DNA of 14,107 bases, taken from Spizellomyces punctatus DAOM BR117 (Eukaryota). A program made the position numbers and the translations under genes. Where the stretch lies: assembly GCA_000182565.2 (NCBI GenBank), contig KQ257454.1; one strand, given 5' to 3'. Under the pieces are notes generated by a model. The model saw only the letters and a program-made list of their open reading frames with translations, was not told where the DNA came from and did not search any database. Shown here in pieces: positions 10,148-14,107 of this stretch (position 1 is the first letter of the stretch; each line of letters opens with the position of its first letter).

Positions 10148-10190
10148 CCAGCCATTCCGCGCTTTCGCGCCATAATTTGTATGATCGCCT

Positions 10191-10198
10191 TATAAAAA
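10191..10198 (+). promoter_or_regulatory. TATA box upstream of the quinone oxidoreductase gene
   Basis: TATAAAAA, 124 nt upstream of ATG 10315. Confidence 0.55.
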
Positions 10199-10314
10199 GG
10201 AGCCATGACCGTCCCCGGCACCTCGATATCAGCAGCCTTCAACTTCCATCGCTTTCGCATCAAAAGCATCTTTACCAGCCGGATTTCCCACTACAACTAC
10301 GTTATTCCCTTAAA

Positions 10315-11045
10315 ATGTCAAAGCCTACCGTTTACGTCGTCATTTACAGTACCTGGGGTCACATTAAGACACTAGCGGATTCCGTTGTCAAGGGACTCCG
10401 AGAGGGCGGTGTCAATGCGGAACTTTATCAAGTCGCGGAAACTCTTCCTCAAGAGGTTCTGGACAAGATGCATGCCGTGAAATTTGATATTCCTGTTTTG
10501 AGCCCGAAAGATTTGGTGAAAGCTGACGCATTCATCTTTGGAATCCCGTATGTCATTTCTGGCGCGTATGGTGTTTCGATTATTTGTATATTGATCTGTA
10601 TGGTATTAGAACGCGATATGGTGTCCCAGCGGCTCAAGTTAAGGCTTTCTGGGACGCAACAGGCGGACTGTGGGCAGAAGGGGCCCTCGTCGGCAAATAC
10701 GCCGGCGTGTTTACTTCAACTGCCTCTCAGCACGGTGGTCAGGAAACCACCGCCATGACCTTCCTGCCACATCTGGTTCACCATGGGATCATCTTCGTTC
10801 CTCTGGGTAAGCACTGCACGTGACTTCATTTAATCTGGAAACCCCTATTGACAAGGATGTCACATATAGGTTATCAAAGCAAGGTCCTCTTTGACAACTC
10901 GGAGGTTGTTGGAGGATCTCCATGGGGTGCTGGTACGGTTGCCAACGGTGACGGATCTCGCCAGCCTACCGGAAAGGAGCTCGAAATTGCGGAAACCCAG
11001 GGCAAGACCTTCGCTGGTACCATTCTCAAAGTCCACAAGCCATAA
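10315..11045 (+). CDS. PST2: Flavodoxin-like NAD(P)H:quinone oxidoreductase (WrbA/Pst2/Obr1 family), 201 aa. Exons: 10315-10547, 10610-10806, 10870-11045
   Basis: Motifs [35 protein letters not shown] and GGSPWGAG. Introns 10548-10609 and 10807-10869. The family call is firm; the paralog name is approximate. Confidence 0.93.
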
Positions 11046-11233
11046 ATCCGGATTGAGGTTGTCTGGAGTAACGAATTGTGGATGGACATCATACAAATAT
11101 TTACGAAATATGAATAAATGTATCACATGTACCCATTTTGTATTGAATCAGTGTTGATTTGAAAACAATAAATATGTCAATGTTCAAAATCTCCACCTAA
11201 AACTATTTCGCTATATATCTACATGCCAGTGTT

Positions 11234-12623
11234 CTACACGCTTACTCTTGACTGCGTCCTCTCTAAGATTGACAAAACTTGTTCGTAAACGGTGAAAACA
11301 ATACCACCCGAAAACTGCAAAGTAAAGTTCATTAGCAAAGTTCCATCTCTCCAAACGGACAATCATGACATACAATCAAGCGTCCCAAACGCGGCGTCGC
11401 TCCCTTCCATAAGGCGCGAATTCCTTCCTCCGTTACAATTCGGTACAGGCAATGCAAAGAATTTTTATATAGCTCCTTGGCATTAAGTGCCTGCATGCGT
11501 GTTTTCATGACATCTAGAGGCATCGTGCTATACACGGTGACAATGCCCGCAAAGGCACCTACAGGGAGGTTGGCAATTTATTGGTCTTACTGGTCACGAG
11601 TGAAGTATCTAGATGTCTAAAATTATGCGAGCATTCTTACCGTTTGCGAAGTTAACATACCACGGCACGACTCGCTTGTTCGTGATTGGGTCGAGTGGGT
11701 AGCGGTCCTGGACCTTTTCCTTCAGCATGCCGTATGTACTGAGTCGGACAGCAGAGTTTGCACCCTGCCGAGCCACAACCGCCGTCATGCCACGGTAAAT
11801 GCCGCCGATACCTTCGCTGCGAATAATCTCTCGTGTTCCTGTGGAGTTTCGATTTAGCTTTGGTGCTGCCAAAATACTATCATGTCGTTTTTACCGTGTA
11901 TCAATCCTCGATATTTAGGGTTTGGTTGATTCTGGTCATGAATGAGCTTTGTCCTATAGTAACAGTGATGTCATGTCACAAAGGAGTGCACCAGCATCTG
12001 TTCAACAATAACTTCCATACTTGATCGTCTCGGTTGGTGTCACCGCTATTACCGCTTCCGTCACACCCGCCCCCAAGCCAGCTACGTATGAAAAAAAGAC
12101 ATAGATCACAAAACTGGTGAGAGATCTGTGACCATCTCATCGTCCGCACCTAGCATCATCCTCTGTCCTGCGACCTTTCCGTTTTCATCCGCGAGCATCT
12201 TCTTGAATTGCTCAAACGACAAGAATCGGATGCCTGCCTTACTGGCTGTCCCAATAACAAGTGCTGACAGGCCGCGATACAGACCAAAGAAACCCCGCTC
12301 TCGAACTGTCTTCACCACACAATCCCATGGTCCATCAAAAGCCTGAAGTGGTATAGTCGTCAAATTAGTATTGATTATCCAGATACCTACAAAATATTAT
12401 GGCTACCTTCACTGCCGTTTTACTTTGAAGTTGAAGTTGCGTTTTGACATATTCCGTCGGATAAGTTATCGTAGCCTCTACTGCTCCCGCAATGGTCCCG
12501 GCGGCCAATGAATGGGATGGAGGCACTTTCTGTTCAAAATGCAAGTTACTCTAGCCATCAAGACTAAATTATATTGTTGATTGGGTTGAAATGTTAACTC
12601 ACATTTTGCTTCTTATCCGCCAT
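11234..12623 (-). CDS. CTP1: Mitochondrial tricarboxylate (citrate) carrier, SLC25A1 family, 306 aa. Exons: 12623-12603, 12529-12407, 12342-12150, 12081-12021, 11953-11895, 11838-11641, 11558-11374, 11314-11234
   Basis: Three carrier signature motifs (YPTEYVKTQ, TPTETIKTK, MPLDVMKTR). CTP1-like KAGIRF, RQGANSAVR and KGATPRLGRLIFSGGIVFTVYE. Seven GT-AG introns give 921 nt in frame. Confidence 0.92.
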
Positions 12624-13178
12624 CTGCAGAATTCTGGGACCTGTTCGAGACTGGGCATCAGAGTCTTCCGATCTCCTCATCAATCTGACATCACGTGGAC
12701 TCAATGATGAAGCCACATTGAATTGCGCATCAGGACAAGCATGAAAGTTGCAAGGACTTGCACATATACTATTGATCGGCATTTATGGTGCGGCTGGAAA
12801 CAGTACAGAAGCATCATATTATATCATATTATTGCAAACAGAAGCTTGGTGCACATCTGAAAGCCTCAGAAAAGGATTGCTTGCGTTGTTACTTACGAAA
12901 GAATGTGCAGACAACCACAGCAATCCCCCGTAGTACCGCTCCCTTCCAGATGCTTTAGGGTCCGCAAGGCGGAGGGAAGGGACTCTACTTGAATGTACGT
13001 TGACGTTGCAACTACCGTACTCGATTTGACAACTCCAACTGTCGGAGTCATCATCACGCAGGTAATGCGGCACAGTCACGTAGACTGCGCACATTTGATA
13101 TCATACTTGAAAACTGTCGGCTCTCTGCTAGTTCCGTACTTCACCTTCACTTTCACTGAACTTTATACCACCACAGAG

Positions 13179-14107
13179 ATGAAGCAGCGTTTTTCAGCGC
13201 TGGACGTGTCAGCCCAGGTCGCTGAATTACGGCTCAGGCTGGTGGGACTTCGACTGCAAAATGGTAGGGACATCAGGCCAACATGTTGTGATCTAGAGAC
13301 GTAGCTGATCTCTTCCGTTGCTGCGGTTAGTTTACGATATAAACCAACGAACATACCTATTCAAATTCTCACGGCCCGACCATAAGGAGATTATTCTCAT
13401 TGAATCTGGAATTCGCATGCATTCCACGGAATTTACCCGTGAGAAGTCAAACACCCCCTCACACTTTGCCATGAAGCTGCGCAAGCACCTACGGACACGA
13501 CGACTGAATGCCCTTGATCAGCTTGGAGCAGACAGGGTGGTGGATATGAGGTTTGGAGAGGGAGAGACAGCATACCATGTTATAGTCGAGTTCTACGCGT
13601 CCGGCAACATCATACTGACGGATCACGAATACAAGATACTCGCATTGCTGCGAGTTGTCGAGCTGGACGCACCCAGCACTGCAGCATCAGGTGCAGTACA
13701 ACAATCTGGACAAAAGTCGACGGACGACACTGAAACGAGGTTCGCTGTCGGAGAGGGTTACGACGTGTCAAGGGCGCGGCCGTTCGAAGATATTACGCTT
13801 CAGAAGATTCGATCCATTCTCGAAAATGCTATAGCCGAAGTAGGAAATGTATCAGAATCCACATCCGTTACGGAGGCCGACGGCAGAGGGGCGAAGACAG
13901 GAAAGAAAAAGACCTCAGCGAAATGGGGAGGAAAGGATAAGAAGAAAGGAAAAGACGCATCGCTCCGAAAAGTGATTCGAGAAAAGCTAGGTCCGGATTA
14001 TGGCCCAGCTTTAGTGAGCACTGCCTTCGATTCCGGACTGGATGTAACATGAAGGTGGATTCAACTTGGACCTAAATGAGGACTCGCCTATATAACAAAG
14101 CTGTTAG
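13179..14107 (+). CDS. RQC2: Ribosome quality-control factor Rqc2/Tae2/NEMF, N-terminal NFACT-N part, 3' partial. Exons: 13179-13263 and 13331 onward; the frame breaks down after ~14013
   Basis: Motifs MKQRFSALDV, LRLQNVYD (across intron 13264-13330), IESGIRMHST, KLRKHLRTRRL, DRVVD, VEFYASGNIILTD and YGPAL. Confidence 0.92.

Noticed and set aside
12704-12860. Box C (ATGATGA) and box D (CTGA) suggesting a C/D snoRNA
   Set aside because: No terminal stem and no recognisable rRNA guide.
12954-12961. TTAGGG inside the hairpin region as a telomerase template
   Set aside because: Only about one repeat; templates normally span roughly 1.5 repeats.

Overview
Compact, intron-rich eukaryotic DNA, most likely from a zoosporic (chytrid-like) fungus. 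The basis is fungal-type SLA2, FBA1, CTP1 and PST2 genes, a ciliary transition-zone gene (TMEM17), and short GT-AG introns of about 50-80 nt. Seven genes alternate in orientation: SLA2/END4 (+, interrupted by an N gap), an uncharacterised ~437-aa disordered protein (-), TMEM17 (+), class II fructose-bisphosphate aldolase (-), WrbA/PST2 quinone oxidoreductase (+), mitochondrial citrate carrier CTP1 (-) and the 5' part of RQC2/NEMF (+). A further gene may start on the minus strand at the left edge. Exon-intron structures were inferred by hand from splice signals and recalled protein-family motifs; no database search was run. The most interesting element is the uncharacterised gene. Splicing places a perfect D-box next to a PIP-box-like motif, and the protein also has CDK and 14-3-3 sites. 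It shares a divergent promoter, containing a TTTGAAT palindrome, with the ciliary gene.
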